Source of the DNA: Asterias rubens
Taxonomy: Eukaryota
Assembly (NCBI RefSeq): GCF_902459465.1
Contig: NC_047070.1
Span: 19,468,001-19,532,000, forward strand
Reading direction: 5' to 3'
DNA length: 64,000 nucleotides
In this document: positions 26,847 to 39,956 of the stretch, piece by piece
Numbering within the stretch: position 1 is the stretch's first letter
Layout of the letters: every line of letters begins with the position of its first letter
Notes under the pieces: generated by a model
Told to the model about the DNA's origin: nothing
The model's input: only the letters and a program-made list of their open reading frames with translations
Database searches by the model: none
Position numbers and translations under genes: made by a program

Positions 26847-27455
26847 AGGCAGCGGACACTATTGGTAACTGTCAAAGACTAGCCTTCACAGTTAGTGTAT
26901 ATCAACATATGCATAAAATAACAAACCTATGAAAATTTGAGCTCAATCGGTCATCGAAGTTGCGAGATAATGATGAAAGAAAAACCACCCTTGTCACACA
27001 AAAATGTGTGCGTTTAGATGGTTGATATCGAGACCTAAAGTTCTAAATCTGAGGTATCGAAATCACATTCGTGGGAAATTACTTCTTTCTCGAAAACTAC
27101 GTCACTTCAGAGGGAGCCAACTTGGGTGTAGTATCCCGACATAAGCATAAAATAACAAGCCTGTGGTAATTTGAGCTCAATTGGTCATCGGAGTTGCGAG
27201 AAGATTATAAGAGAAAAAACACCCGTGTTGGACGAATTAGTGTGCTTTCAGATAGGAATAAAAGACTTCTGGCTAGAAGTCTTTTACCGTTTAAGTGAAA
27301 ATTTAACTCTTTCTCAAAATCTATGCTACTTCAGATGAGGGAGCCGTTTCCCACAGTGTTTTATAATATCAACAGCTCTCCAATACTCGTTATCAAGTCA
27401 GTTTTTAAGTTAACATTTTGTTGGAGTAATTACCAAACGTGTACCTTCTCTTTAA
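26843..27455 (-). mobile_element. Composite MITE: partial A copy fused to a B copy
   Basis: A-type end at 26843, junction near 27120, B-type end GTGTACCTTCTCT-TTAA. Confidence 0.85.
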
Positions 27456-29445
27456 TAATGTTTGTCATGTTTATGGAAAGTATTACACTGTACACATTGG
27501 ATGTGATAAGTCGTATTTCAGATGAATATAACCAATCGATTGCAAAAATACCTGCAGCTGCTCTGTATTGTATGTATACTTCCAGCCTTTTCATTCTAAA
27601 ATAACGCTGCAGTGGGTTTAAACAAAATAACATCCAACTCATTAATAAATCAGATAGGGCTACAACAACAACATGGAACTACAGTAAAAGCACAGAAACA
27701 AAATAGAAAATCATAGCCATGAATAATGAATTTAAATAATTTGGATTTATCATCCACTGAAAAAAGTTTCCTTCCGTATCTACAATGATATTTAATCGCC
27801 CTGCCAACATTGCTGACTTTTGTGCCACATTGCAGGACGTTTTCTAATGAAGTTAATTTCTAACTACCGATTGATATTAACGATCAGTTACACTTTTAGG
27901 CGATGTTTTCAACGAGTTTTGTTCTGTTTTATTATATTTTTTACAGTCAATGAACGGCGTTTGCAAATTACATATACATACTATTTCTTGTGAACTGAGT
28001 TGTTTTGATGTGAGAGTAATGATTGATCGACTTATACACAAAGACTGTGGAATTTCAGTCATTGTTTTAGAAGGTCATGGTTTACCTTTTTGTTGCTAGG
28101 CCTCGTGAACTATAGATGACCACAAGTTCACATTGACATCATTACTATGTAAATGTAGCAAGACGTTCAACATTTCGGCTAAAAACCAAACGTTGAAAAT
28201 GCTTCTGTAAAGTCTTTGTATCGATAACTTGGCTAAACGTCCGTCTATTGTGGAAAATAGCTAGAATGGTTGCCGGTTTCTGGCTTTAGTTTCTTACTTG
28301 CCTTTGGGAAAATTAAAAACCTCTTGGACTACTGGTCATCTGATCATGAAGATATATTGTACTGACGTTTCGATGACTAATGTGTTCCTACTAATGTGTT
28401 CTCTACTGTGAACAAATAACTAGGATGGCTGCCGGTTTTCTGCTGGCCTTGTTGGGAAAAAGTAAAAACAGATCTTCTATAAGATATTTTGTACTGTATT
28501 TATTATTTGAAGAGTCGATTAATAAAATTCAGTATCTTATGTATCGTTTAGACAACGTACAGACAAATAGAAATAGTTGCTAAGGATAAGTGCTGCCCGA
28601 CTCAAGCTGTTCTTATTTTTGTTTTGAATACACAAAGATGATGAAGCATCCTCCCGTGTCATCAACGCTTCATCTCTTAAACAGGAACATTTCTCTTTTA
28701 TCCAACCATAATGACGGAGCACTCGTCCTTCTTAAGATTGCATGTTTATTTGGAAGTCTGTGAAGGGATTACAAGCTACCAGCTTTACTTCATAATGAAA
28801 ACGCCTTGAATAGGTACGGTATTCCAAGGTAAAGACACCAGCGCGGTTAACTCCAAACAATCAACACATGCTCACGCTCTCAGGGTCTTCGTTTATCAAA
28901 TGTCTCAAGAATGACAAAGCCTTAGAAAGAGGTGTGTTTTCTCAACAGAGACACTAATGCTATCCTTAGCTCTTCCTACTTTACAACCCTACCCCAGTAC
29001 TAAACCTCCCCTGAGGTCGTACAACCACCGAGCAGTTGCAAGTATTCTTATTCAACGAAGCTAAACTAACATCTCGTTTGTAACTACGTTGGCTTGTTGC
29101 TCTTTTACGCTTTAATCCCCAGCTTGATGAGAAAGGCCGAGATTTTGGAAGACTAGAGGGGCATTTACGCCAAGGGGGTAGGAGAAGCTAGGGTGCGGCG
29201 TGGTAGTGATGGTATAATACACATAACGGGTCTTCTTTAGAAATACAACTTTTTAAAATACAGCGGGACTTCGCTAAGAAAAGAGTGGATTGATGAAGGG
29301 GATTGGGGGACATTGTCAATCTGAGACGCTTAGTATAGTTTTGTTTCGTGGACATACTCTAGGTAAATGAGCCCACTCTCGCTTTTAGAAACATATCAAC
29401 AACATCTTCAGAAGGAAAAGTTGTTGTTTCTGTTAGGTCCTAGAG

Positions 29446-29645
29446 ATGGATAGTTGTTTTTTCTCTAGTCCAGTTGAACCAGTACGTAGTGGAATTGATA
29501 ATGTTTATAGATCGTGGACAGCCAGTGTTGATGAGCGGAGACCAGTACTGAATGGCCCGGTCTCTATACCGGTCGCTGCGGACCCTGATGCCCGGTCGAG
29601 TACGGCTCCATCGTTCTCGTATACATCGTTTTCACAACCCGTAAA
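29446..29645 (+). CDS. gl: glass first coding exon ([12 protein letters not shown]...)
   Basis: ATG follows an acceptor-like TTTCTGTTAG, implying an upstream UTR exon. Phase-2 donor AA|GTGAGT fits the next exon. Confidence 0.72.
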
Positions 29646-32600
29646 GTGAGTTGACTCAAAGTATAATCACTACCAGGACACTCCTCTAACAAAGTGACCT
29701 GAAGTTAATCATTACTTTTATGGAATCTAACATACAATATTTTTCTTATTCCTGTATTTACATCATAGTTTCCTAAGTAATTTGTTATGTTTCCTAGAAC
29801 TTTGACTAACCCAACGTTAACAGCACTGTGAAAATAATACTAATTAGGAAAAAAGTAGTAATAATTTTTATTTTAGTAGTAATGATAACAGATATTGGCT
29901 TTATTAACAATAACCATTTTTTAATAGTTAAATATGATGTACTTGTTTCAATGATAGATTATTTGCTCTCTTTATTTCATTACTATTGGTTTGCCTTTTA
30001 GGTTTTGGGTATTTTTTGTACGACACAAAACACACCGTCCACAAATAGATTTACATGAAACTTTCACTGTTGAAGATAATGATAGTATAAAGCATCTCTT
30101 AAAGTTCCTTGCTGAGGTGCTGTAGTTTTTGAGAAATTAGTAAAACAATGTAACGAACATTATTTTCGTCAAAGCAGACATTATTTTCAGCATGTACAGC
30201 GTATTACGCGACTCTCCTGAAAACATCGCTCTGTGATTTTTACTTGTTTTTAACTAAAAAAGCTGAAACTTTAACATTCAAGTAAATTATTTACACACAC
30301 CATCATTCACAATGAGTAGGGATTCATGTCATGGCCAAAAACTTGACGTACACAAAGTTATCCAAACCCTTTAAAAGATAAACACAAACTTCTCCATCAT
30401 TTTGTTTGATTGTTGATTTTGTGATGACTGATACTGTGTTAGCTCGTACAGACATAACGCGATTTAATGATGAACTTGTTGGGTTTTACTGGTTGCAATT
30501 AACTAATGCCTTAAGCTTCACAAGGAAAGAAACCCTGGCATGACCAGCCAGCCTGACCCCGGGCTGTCATACGGCTTCGTTAACCATCTCTCATACATTC
30601 ACCCTCAATAAAGAGCGCTACTTAGTTAGGCCTACTTGTAAATAACACATTGTTTATTAATTATAACTCCACTTTTACCAAATTGAATTACTGCATTAAA
30701 TATAATTGTACTTTGATCAGAAGACCTTCATGAACATCGATTACCGATGGGAAAATCACTTCTTTTCCGAACCAAATGACACGCTAACACAAGAAGTGTT
30801 TATTCAATTTACTACTTGTGAACAAGGGCTTTCAGTTAGGGATTTCTCTTTATAAGGGGAAGGTAAACTTACCTTGTTTATAGACAGAGGAATGATAGAT
30901 TGACTTTGTTTAGATTTTAGTTAGGTTTTATTTTTTTATTTTTCATTTTTTTATTATATTAATTTCTGCTGTTATGTTTTCTGTCTGAGATGGAGTTAGG
31001 CCTACAACTAAGTTAATTAAAACGTCAAGCACACCAAAGTACAGCAAAGATATTGTTTATTACCTGAGCAGCCAACTATAATTCAGAAACATTCATGACA
31101 ATACGATAAGAACATAACAAAAAAATTTTAATCTTTATGTAAAAATGTCGACAGAATCGAAAGAATATTATAACACCTGATTTTGGGTCGATATACAAAA
31201 AGAGAAGAAGGAAAATGCAACATGAAAGCTTAGGAGTGAAAATATAAATAGAGATTCGAAAATTCAAATCTTATTCGTTTTATTTCTGTAACCTAATTAG
31301 TACAGACTAAAAATCAGTATATTTGTTGACAAGAAATATAGTTATGTACAAAGTAAATCTAGTCATTCTAAATCTAAACCAGAACAAGTTAGATATGCTT
31401 CAAAATATAACTGGCCATGCTCTAATTGAAAATTTCCCGAGACATTTTACAATGAGTATTACTAGATTCATATTGCAGACATTTTACTAATCACCTTTAC
31501 GTATCATTAAATCAGTCGATAGCTCATCTGACAGGTTTCTATTGGTTGCCACAAAATGTCGGCGTACCGTGGGCGGGGATCAATTTAAAGTCAATTGATT
31601 GTTATCAGTTATCTACAACTTGTTTTGCATCCCCGAAATTATGACCTATTTTTTTCTAAGCTGATTACCAATAATTATACGACAAGTATTTATAAGACAG
31701 TTCGTTTGAAGAGAGTGGATTCAGCAGCCTTTTATTCAAACTTAAAGGCATTGGACACTATTGGTAATTACTACAAAATAATTATTATCTTAAAACCTTT
31801 CTTGATTACGAGTAATGGGGTGAGGCTGATAGTATAAAACATTGTGACAATCAGCTCCCTCTGAAGTGACGTAGTTTTCGAGAAAGAAGTAATTTTCCAC
31901 GAATTTGATTTCAAAACCTCAGGTTTAGAATTTGAGGTATCGAAATCAAGCATCTGAAAGCACACAGCTTCGTGTGACCATGTTGCGACAATGGTGTTCT
32001 TTTCTTTCATTAATATCTCGCAACTTCGACGACCGATTGAGCTCAAATTTCCACAGGTTTGTTATTTTATGCACATGTTGAGATACACCAAGTAATGAGA
32101 CTGGTATTTGACAATTACCAATAGTGTCCAGTGTCTTTAAGCTGAGTTGGTTGCCTTAAGTTGACAGAAGCAGGATAGGAATTAACCCTTTTTTGCAAGC
32201 GCCGAAAATAGGCACAGCGTGCCTCATTTGGTTCGCCATTTAAAACCGTGGTTTCCCTGCGCATTTCACGAGACCCAGCACTCTTTTTATACCAGCCTAC
32301 TATATTTTACAGTCGACTATACTGAGCATTTGAGATGGGACTTTGCAAACTCAATACACTGTTCCGAGATAAAGATATGTGTGAGTGTATCGAGTCACTC
32401 CAACAAAAGGCAAACCACTCTTAGCAACACTGTTTGGCTAGGGACAAAAACAAAACAAGTTTCGATTTCCAATTTGTTTGATGGTCACACGTCATTTTGT
32501 CCGTTTGGTTCACAGAGCGTTAACATTCTTAACCTTTTCTACAAATCACATCCTAGATCTCACAAGTTAAAGGCAGTGGACACTATTGGTAATGGGGAGA

Positions 32601-35600
32601 GGTTGGTAGTATAAAACAATGTGGGAAACGGCTCCCTCTGAAGTGACGTAGTTTCCGAGAAAGAAGTAATTTTCCACGAGTTTGATTTCGAGACCTCAGA
32701 TTTAGAACTTGAGGTCTCGAAATCAAGCATCTGAAAGCACACAACTTCGTGTGACAGGGGTGTTTTTTCTTTCATTATTATCTCGCAACTTCGAAGACCG
32801 ATTGAGCTCAAATTTTCACAGGTTAGTTATTTTATGCATATGTTGAGATACACCAACTGTGAAGGCTAGTCGTTGACAATTACCAATAGTGTCCACTGCC
32901 TTTAAGTAGATAGTTCTGCATTGTCGAGTGTAGAAGCAAACATGTGAGATATCAACATATACCCATGGGCTGATTAGTGTCTAAGTCCCTCAGTCTCTCT
33001 GGCTTCCCAACTATCATCAATACCTTTATCTTCACAAGGAAGCCATCCGCACGACTGTTTTTCCAACTTGCCAAAAGACTGGCTTGTTAAGCTCCATTAC
33101 TCGCTGTAGCTAATTCCCATGCCGGCGGTCCAAGAAGGGTACAGCATTGTTACCATCCATGTTTTTTTATCCTAAGACTTTCTCAAGACAGCATCTCGCT
33201 GTTTATCCCTAAACAAAACCGTCTTGTAAGACGTTGTTCCAATTGTGTGGGCTCTCACATCTCCTATAGTGTGGCCAATAGAACCCATACTGTTACCTGC
33301 GGGGCTTTTACTTAGAGGATTGATAGCTGTGATTTGGAAACAATGAAGTATAACCGTCTGGCAACATAATTGTTTGGAGATTATGGCGGGAGAGTGGATT
33401 GAGGCGCGCTTCTAATGCTGGGTTGCCTCCAGGCATAACGCTGTGATTGCTAGCCTTTCACAATATTGTATCGCATACAAATAAGGTACTAGCTACTCTG
33501 CAAAATACAGCCTTTACTGTAGTCATATCAATCAAGAAATGCCTGTCTTTCATCAAAAACAAATTCATAATAAAAAAAACATAAAAAGCAGTACCACACT
33601 TACATGTATTTGACACTTACTCTATCTGGCAATTTAGGAAGAGCAATAATTATCACAATAAAGTAATTTATAAGCTAGATTAAAAAAATAAATAAGTTGA
33701 TGATAATAATTAAATAGCAGTTTTAAAAATAGGCCTATATTACTTTTTAGTTAAAATAACAAATTAAGTTCTAATGCAATTATTGTGAACTTTTTGTACT
33801 TTGATGGTGTTCGAAAATTTTATTTGGTTTGCTGTTATATAACACCATCACTAAATTATGGTGCAAAACTTCGGCTGTAACGCTTTGATAATAGATGTTA
33901 ATCATAAGATAACAGTTAATAGGCCTATCAAATAATTAGTTGAGATAAAAAATTAAGTTTTCCTGCAATTATAATGACAAGTTCGTGCTTTGTAGTTGTT
34001 CGAAAATGTTGTTTGATTTGCTGCAGCATTTCTAAATTATGGTGCGACCATTTGGTGTTACGTTTTATAACCTACTCTTTCTGATCTTTCCAACAGTAAT
34101 TTATCTTTTCGGAAAGAGGATACCCCAAGCTGCAATGAATACTTCAATAACACCAGTCAACATTTATTTGGATTGTCTCGTTCAAACCTGCCGACCAGTA
34201 AGTCATCATCAGTACTTGGTTCCAACTTGACTCAACCCCCTGGCATCACGTCATCACAGACCCTCTATCGACCAACTCCTGCTTCTGTACATAGCTCTGC
34301 ATTCACACAGTCGGGTGAGTACTAGAAATGGCTCAAGTCGTTTGAGAAACATTATGATGAATATCAACTATTCTTTTTAGTTCAGTCATAAAGTGTTATT
34401 CATTGACACCTCGAAACGTGATCCATGCCTCTTAAAGGCAGTGGACACTATTGGTAATTACTCACAATAATTATTAGCATAAAACCTTTCTTGGTGACGA
34501 GTAATGGGGAGAGGTTGATGGTATAAAACATTGTGAGAAACGGCTCCCTCTGAAGTGACATAGTTTTCGAGAAAGAAGTAATTTTCAAGGAATTTGACTT
34601 CGAGACCTCAGTTTTAGAATTTGAGGTCTCGAAATCAAGCATCTAAACGCACACAACTTCGTGTGACAAGGGTGTTTTTTCTTTCGTTATTATCTCGCAA
34701 CTTCGACGACCAATTGAGCTCAAATTTTCACAGGTTTGTTATTTTTTGCATGTGTTGAGATACACCAAGTGAGAAGACTGGTCTTTGACAATTACCAATA
34801 GTGTCAATTGTTTTTAAGAACTTATTTTATTCTAACTTGTCTCTACAATGAGTTTGTATATAAGTTTGATTTGAATATTTGCATGGTGGAAGTATAACTA
34901 AGGGAGGTTGTCGACATGTTAACATCATGTTAATACCTCTTTTGAGTAGTGTCGGTTCTGAAAAGAACCGCTGGTTAACGACTCAACGTCTATGTCGTTT
35001 TTGTGTCCATCTGTTTTTCATTTTGACCTTTTCAACTATTTTGTTGAGTCGGACCGCCATTCACTCTAAATTACTTTCTTATTCAAGTAGATAATAAATA
35101 AATATTTATCCCGTTGAGGTGAGGCTTTTTGAAGCAGATAAGGCAATTGTCACTCGTTGAAAGGTATTATATATTATCCATGAAAATCTTTGTTAATATC
35201 ATGTTGGTGATGTATTCATGTTTACAGTTCCAAGAAGTCCAACAAAATGGCTGCCAACTGGTGCAACGGTATCACATTACAACAGCTCATCCGAGACTGA
35301 GGCTGCAGTGTCATCACATTCACATAGGAGTCCATGTACTGGTGAATGGCAGTATACTACGCAGTCAGGGTACCCGACATTCCATCACCAGCTAAACTCT
35401 CCCGGTTGTTTAGGAAGCTATGGGGCGCCACCTAGAGAGCATTATACATGTGCTTCTGGTACGTCATCCTCTTTGGATGAGATGCATAGAGGACGAGAGA
35501 ACGGTGGCTGCACGGTAAGCTTGGACATCATATTAGTTACTGGCAACTATTCCGTTTATTAAAACAAATGAGGTGGTAACATTAATTGTTAAGATCAATT

Positions 35601-37741
35601 GTGGAAGACCAGTCTTCCCACTTGGTGTATCCCATCATAACCATAAAACAACAAGCCTGTGAAAATTTGGGCTCAATTGGTCATCGAAGTTGCGAAAAGA
35701 TGGGGAAAGAAAAAACACCCTTCTAGCTAGAAGTCTTTTAATATTTCTCAAAAACTACGTTACTTCATAGGGAGTCGTTTCCCACAATGTTTTATACTAT
35801 CAACAGCTCTCCAATGCTTGTTACCCAGTCAGTTTTTAAGTTAATATTTGTTTTGAGTAATTACCAAACGTGTACCTTCCCTTTAAAGTAAATCTAGGCT
35901 CTTCAGTCTAGACTAGCGAGGCAAACTTTCTGAAACCCTAACTTTAGTAAACTTAGAGTCAATCTTTAAATTGCATTTTGAATTGTTTGTCTGTCTGTCA
36001 TCTAGCGATGTAATTTTGCTTAATTTTAATTTATTTCCATGGTGGTCTAAAGCCTCCATGGCATAAAATCAGTAACTTAAATCATGATATCTTCCATATA
36101 TTGATTCCACAATTTGTTTTCATTTTTCCACAGATGCCAGTTTCACCTTGTGCAGGGTGTGGTGATATTCTCTGCCCCAAATCCCACCCAATCTACCCAT
36201 CGGATCTTAACGCGCCTTGTCCTCGATCGCCAACTCAAGCTACTGCTGTGGCAATGAGACCCTGTTCTAATCTAAGCTTTCCTACCTATGCCCCTGGGCC
36301 ACCAACTATAGGTACTGCTGATAGCGATGCTTTGATGCGCTACCGGTGGCCCACATCAGCCCCAGTGTATTTCTATAGCAAGTTGGTTTCTGCAAGTACT
36401 GGTAGTAAGCCGGATGGACTGGGCGTGGTGACCAGTCCAGGTTCAACAAGTATAGGACCTGGACTTAATCCAACTAGTCTTCCTCCACAAGGAAACGGTG
36501 GGCGCCCGACTAAACCAACCAAGTCACCGATAACTTATCGCAACAAAGGTGTGTTTCACAGACTCTTCCAAAATGGTGTTTGTATTCTGGTATAATCTCA
36601 GCATTGCCTCCATGTCCCCTGGTAATTGCCTTGGTGCTCTTGAAATGCTCCAGTAGAAATTTACAATTTCTCCGTAGGGGTTCCCTTTATCCAATGAGAA
36701 ATTTATTGGTGCCCTTGCCCTTTCAAAAATGAAGCATACAGGACTGTTTATGTTGATGAAAGTGTGGCCAGTCATCTAAAGCAATGGTGACAATAATCAT
36801 GAAAATAAACTGTCTTTACTTTCCCTTTCATGTGTACTCTCCAGCTGGGACTAATCTATGCAGTATATGTGGCAAATCTTACGCCCGTCCAAGTACTCTA
36901 AAGACCCATCTCCGTACCCATTCTGGGGAGAAGCCATACCGATGTCCAACATGCAACAAGGCATTCTCTCAAACAGCAAACCTAACAGCTCATATGAGAA
37001 CACACAGCGGTGAAAAACCATTCCAATGTATTGTGTGTCACCGCCAGTTTTCACAGGTAGATTTATAGGTTGCGTTCGTTTCGCTTCCCTGGGTCGACGC
37101 CAGTCTGCCCCGGTGCGTTCGGATAGCTTTGACGCCATTCCAGGGGCTCACCCGGTAAGCCCCCAGTGCCCTGCTTGTGGAGTGGGTCACTTGGGGGGTG
37201 ACCTGAGGTACATGCCGTCACCACGAGAGGGCGAGTGTGATCGTTCGATTAGCTCTTGTCAGGGGCTCACCCGAGTGAGCATCGCGGGGTCAACCCAGGG
37301 AAGCTAATTGAACGCACGTACCCGATTATACATTTTTTGTTTGCAAAATTCAGGAGTAACCTAGGACAGTTCAATTCAATTCAAATTTATTTATTTCAGC
37401 CCAGTTTACACAAGTAAAAATTAAAGTAAACTGTTTTTCCTTAATTACTGATTACAAAAACAAAGACGTCAATGAACATCAGCTTCCATTCAAGTAAACT
37501 GTTTTTATTTACATTTTGTATTTTTCAGAGTTCATCTGTGACCACTCATATGAGAACACACTCCGGAGAGCGCCCTTATAGGTGCGCTTACTGTAAAAAA
37601 GCATTTGCTGATAGTTCTACACTGACTAAACATCTAAGGATACATAGCGGTGAGAAACCCTATCAATGTAGCATGTGTCTGCTAAGGTTTTCTCAATCCG
37701 GTAATCTAACGAGGCATATGAAGATACATCAGCATTTATAA
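29446..37741 (+). CDS. gl: Glass zinc-finger transcription factor ortholog, about 514 aa; exons 29446-29645, 34097-34314, 35228-35514, 36134-36548, 36845-37056, 37529-37741
   Basis: Five C2H2 fingers nearly identical to Drosophila Glass ([28 protein letters not shown]...[18 protein letters not shown]...[12 protein letters not shown]...[14 protein letters not shown]). All splice phases are consistent (1545 nt). Confidence 0.92.
29997..30374. mobile_element. TTAA-type MITE family C, diverged copy in glass intron 1
   Basis: Similar to 39957-40362 (ACACAAAACACA...GCTGAGGTGCTGTAGTTTTTGAGAAA). Confidence 0.7.
31742..32140 (+). mobile_element. MITE family A (glass intron 1)
   Basis: TTAA-flanked. 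Confidence 0.9.
32567..32905 (+). mobile_element. MITE family A with a deletion between GTAAT microhomologies
   Basis: CACTATTGGTAAT is joined directly to GGGGAGAGG. Confidence 0.9.
34097..34314 (+). CDS. gl: glass coding exon 2 (Ser/Thr/Pro-rich), not shown in this frame in the ORF track
   Basis: TTTCCAACAG acceptor, open for 218 nt, donor G|GTGAGT; phase 2 in, phase 1 out. Confidence 0.8.
34432..34817 (+). mobile_element. MITE family A (glass intron 2)
   Basis: TTAA-flanked. Confidence 0.9.
35228..35514 (+). CDS. gl: glass coding exon 3
   Basis: TTTACAG acceptor, GTAAGC donor; phase 1 in, phase 0 out. Confidence 0.85.
35600..35886 (-). mobile_element. MITE subfamily B (glass intron 3)
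   Basis: Ends GTGTACCTTCCCT-TTAA. Confidence 0.85.
36134..36548 (+). CDS. gl: glass coding exon 4 (Pro/Ser-rich)
   Basis: TTTCCACAG acceptor, G|GTGTGT donor; phase 0 in, phase 1 out. Confidence 0.85.
36845..37056 (+). CDS. gl: glass coding exon 5 (zinc fingers 1 to 3a)
   Basis: C2H2 fingers with SGEKP linkers. Confidence 0.96.
37068..37323. mobile_element. MITE family F (glass intron 5)
   Basis: Same TIRs, different GC-rich interior. Confidence 0.75.
37529..37741 (+). CDS. gl: glass last exon (zinc fingers 3b to 5, stop)
   Basis: TTTTTCAG acceptor; [11 protein letters not shown]...; TAA. Confidence 0.96.
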   Translation, partial: SSSVTTHMRTHSGERPYRCAYCKKAFADSSTLTKHLRIHSGEKPYQCSMCLLRFSQSGNLTRHMKIHQHL

Positions 37742-37792
37742 ACCTATAGGGTGACATCTATGTACACACGGGTACCTTTATATTTCAATCAA

Positions 37793-37895
37793 TTAAAGGC
37801 AGTGGACACTATTGGTAATTACTGATAATAATGATTAGCATAAAACCTTACTTGGTGACGAGTAATGGGGAGCTGCTGACAGTATAACACACTGT
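37793..37895 (+). mobile_element. Partial MITE A, 52 bp after the glass stop codon
   Basis: TTAAAGGCAGTGGACACTATTGGTAATTAC left end only. Confidence 0.85.
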
Positions 37896-39956
37896 AAAGG
37901 TCAAAAGAAAGCAACTCATTTGCCTATCCTGCGCGCAGTGCATGTGCGTCACCATTATTTCACCATCGTTTACATTTAAAATGGCGGTGTGATGACGTCA
38001 ATGCATAAGGTATAATGTCCATTCAACATAAATTTTGTTAAATGATAATAATCGTTCGTTGTTTTTAGTTTTTCGGGAAAGTTTTGTGTGACATCAGGCT
38101 TCTTTTTTTTATCTTTTTTTTATACTTAACTTCATTAATTTTCAATTCAGAGTATCGTGATTTTTTTTTGTGAAGACAATCAACTGAAGACAATCAACTG
38201 GACAAATACTAAAAAATTAATATTATGAACTATCTCAAAGAATAATAACACTCTTCAAACAGAACATTGCGTCGAGTCAATCTGAGTGTGAATACTGTTG
38301 TTTACTACACAAATCTATAATGATTTCGATTACTTAAAACAAAATCACAAACACTGTTAGGAAAATTTAACAACATTATAAATGATGCACTTCTCATAAA
38401 GGAATTTCATATTAAAAGTCATTTAAGGGTGCTTGTATTTACACAATGTGTAATTTTGCTATGTATACTTCCTAGGTGGAAGTGAAGCAGGCTTTTTTGG
38501 AACAGGCCCTCAACATACTTTATAAATAAGCTACTATAGTGCTGGGCAAAATTAAGCAAAAGGAATAATATTGGTTAAGGATCATCTTCTCTAAATAATG
38601 GGACTATAAAACATGATGTGTATGGATTATCTTTGACTTTAATGTCGGTAACAAAATGGTGTGACGAGCCTTTTCCCTTCAATTTAGAGGTCCTTTAATT
38701 TGCGCTCTATCAAGTCGACTTTGTTATGGTTGTTAGATGTGAGAAAAGCTTGGCAATAATTTCTATGCGATTACGTTGTTTGTATCTACAGTTTTTATAC
38801 ATTTTTTACATAAAGTATTGAAGTATTCTTTCCCGGTAGCTTCGTTGCAAGCACTCCCACGTCTTCACCTCACAGCTGCATCGCAAAACCACGTCCGGAA
38901 ACAGTTACTGTAATGGGGAAAGATATAACATAATATTGCTTTATTTGAAACTCTCAAATGTACAGCAATCCTTCGCACGGGGGAAACTAATGAATATTTA
39001 TTCAAATGCTTGCATTTAATGGAGTTGCGGGTGGTGGGTCGTTGATGCATGGAGGTAGCTCCATGGTTGATGCATCTCTTAAGTACGAAATGGATGTGTA
39101 CGGTTTGACAACAGAGGGCGCTGTGATGTAAATAACAATAATACGGCTCTGCACAGTCTCGATCTATTGGGGTTTTTGTTTGATGTAAAGAAGAATCGTG
39201 CTTGGAAATGTTATTGTGAGTTTTAAATAACTCCTCTCATCACGTGCCAAGGAAGCAATAAAGGAGGCTACCTATTCCATGTAAACAATTGTCCTAGCCC
39301 CTGAGTATACATATTTATAGAGGGACATTTCAGAATCGTAGCCAAATCGACAAACAATACTGTGATTGTTATGTGGAAAAGTCCCAAGCCCATAATTGAC
39401 TGGATGCCATGTTGGTATGAGCATTTATGGCATGGTAGTTTTCCATTTTCCAATCATAGTGTGTTGGCATACATCAATGAACGAACACCGTAGGCCTGCC
39501 TTGTTTAAACTGGGTTTTTTTTTTACCGGCACGGCGTGTTGGGTGCGTTTGTCCAATGAGCTGTACGATAACCGAATGATTATCTGGGGTCATCAATAAT
39601 GGTAAGAGCAAATCCATTTATCTCCCACTCCAATACAATTTGCTGGTTGTGTAACTTCTTCAAATTATTTCGTATTTTCTTTTAGAAATGACGTTCATCG
39701 CTTTACTGATTTGGTTTATTCAAATTGGTCGCAAGGTGAAATTCGTGACAATTAAATTGAATACATTAGACAGGTTGTATAGCTGTAGCGCTTAGTGCAC
39801 CCTTATATGAAAGAGTTTACGTTTACGTTTACGTTGATTACTCGGCATGGTCCTTACGTGTAAGTCATTGTAAATTACTGAAAACGTAACATTTTTGTGT
39901 TGTTGAGACAACTATTTTGTTATGTGAATATATTATGTTTATGTGCCTTTTGTCGC

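Noticed and set aside
25434-29445. Glass-binding (GAARCC) and homeodomain TAAT palindromes as photoreceptor elements
   Set aside because: Too short and frequent in AT-rich DNA to mean anything without conservation or ChIP data.
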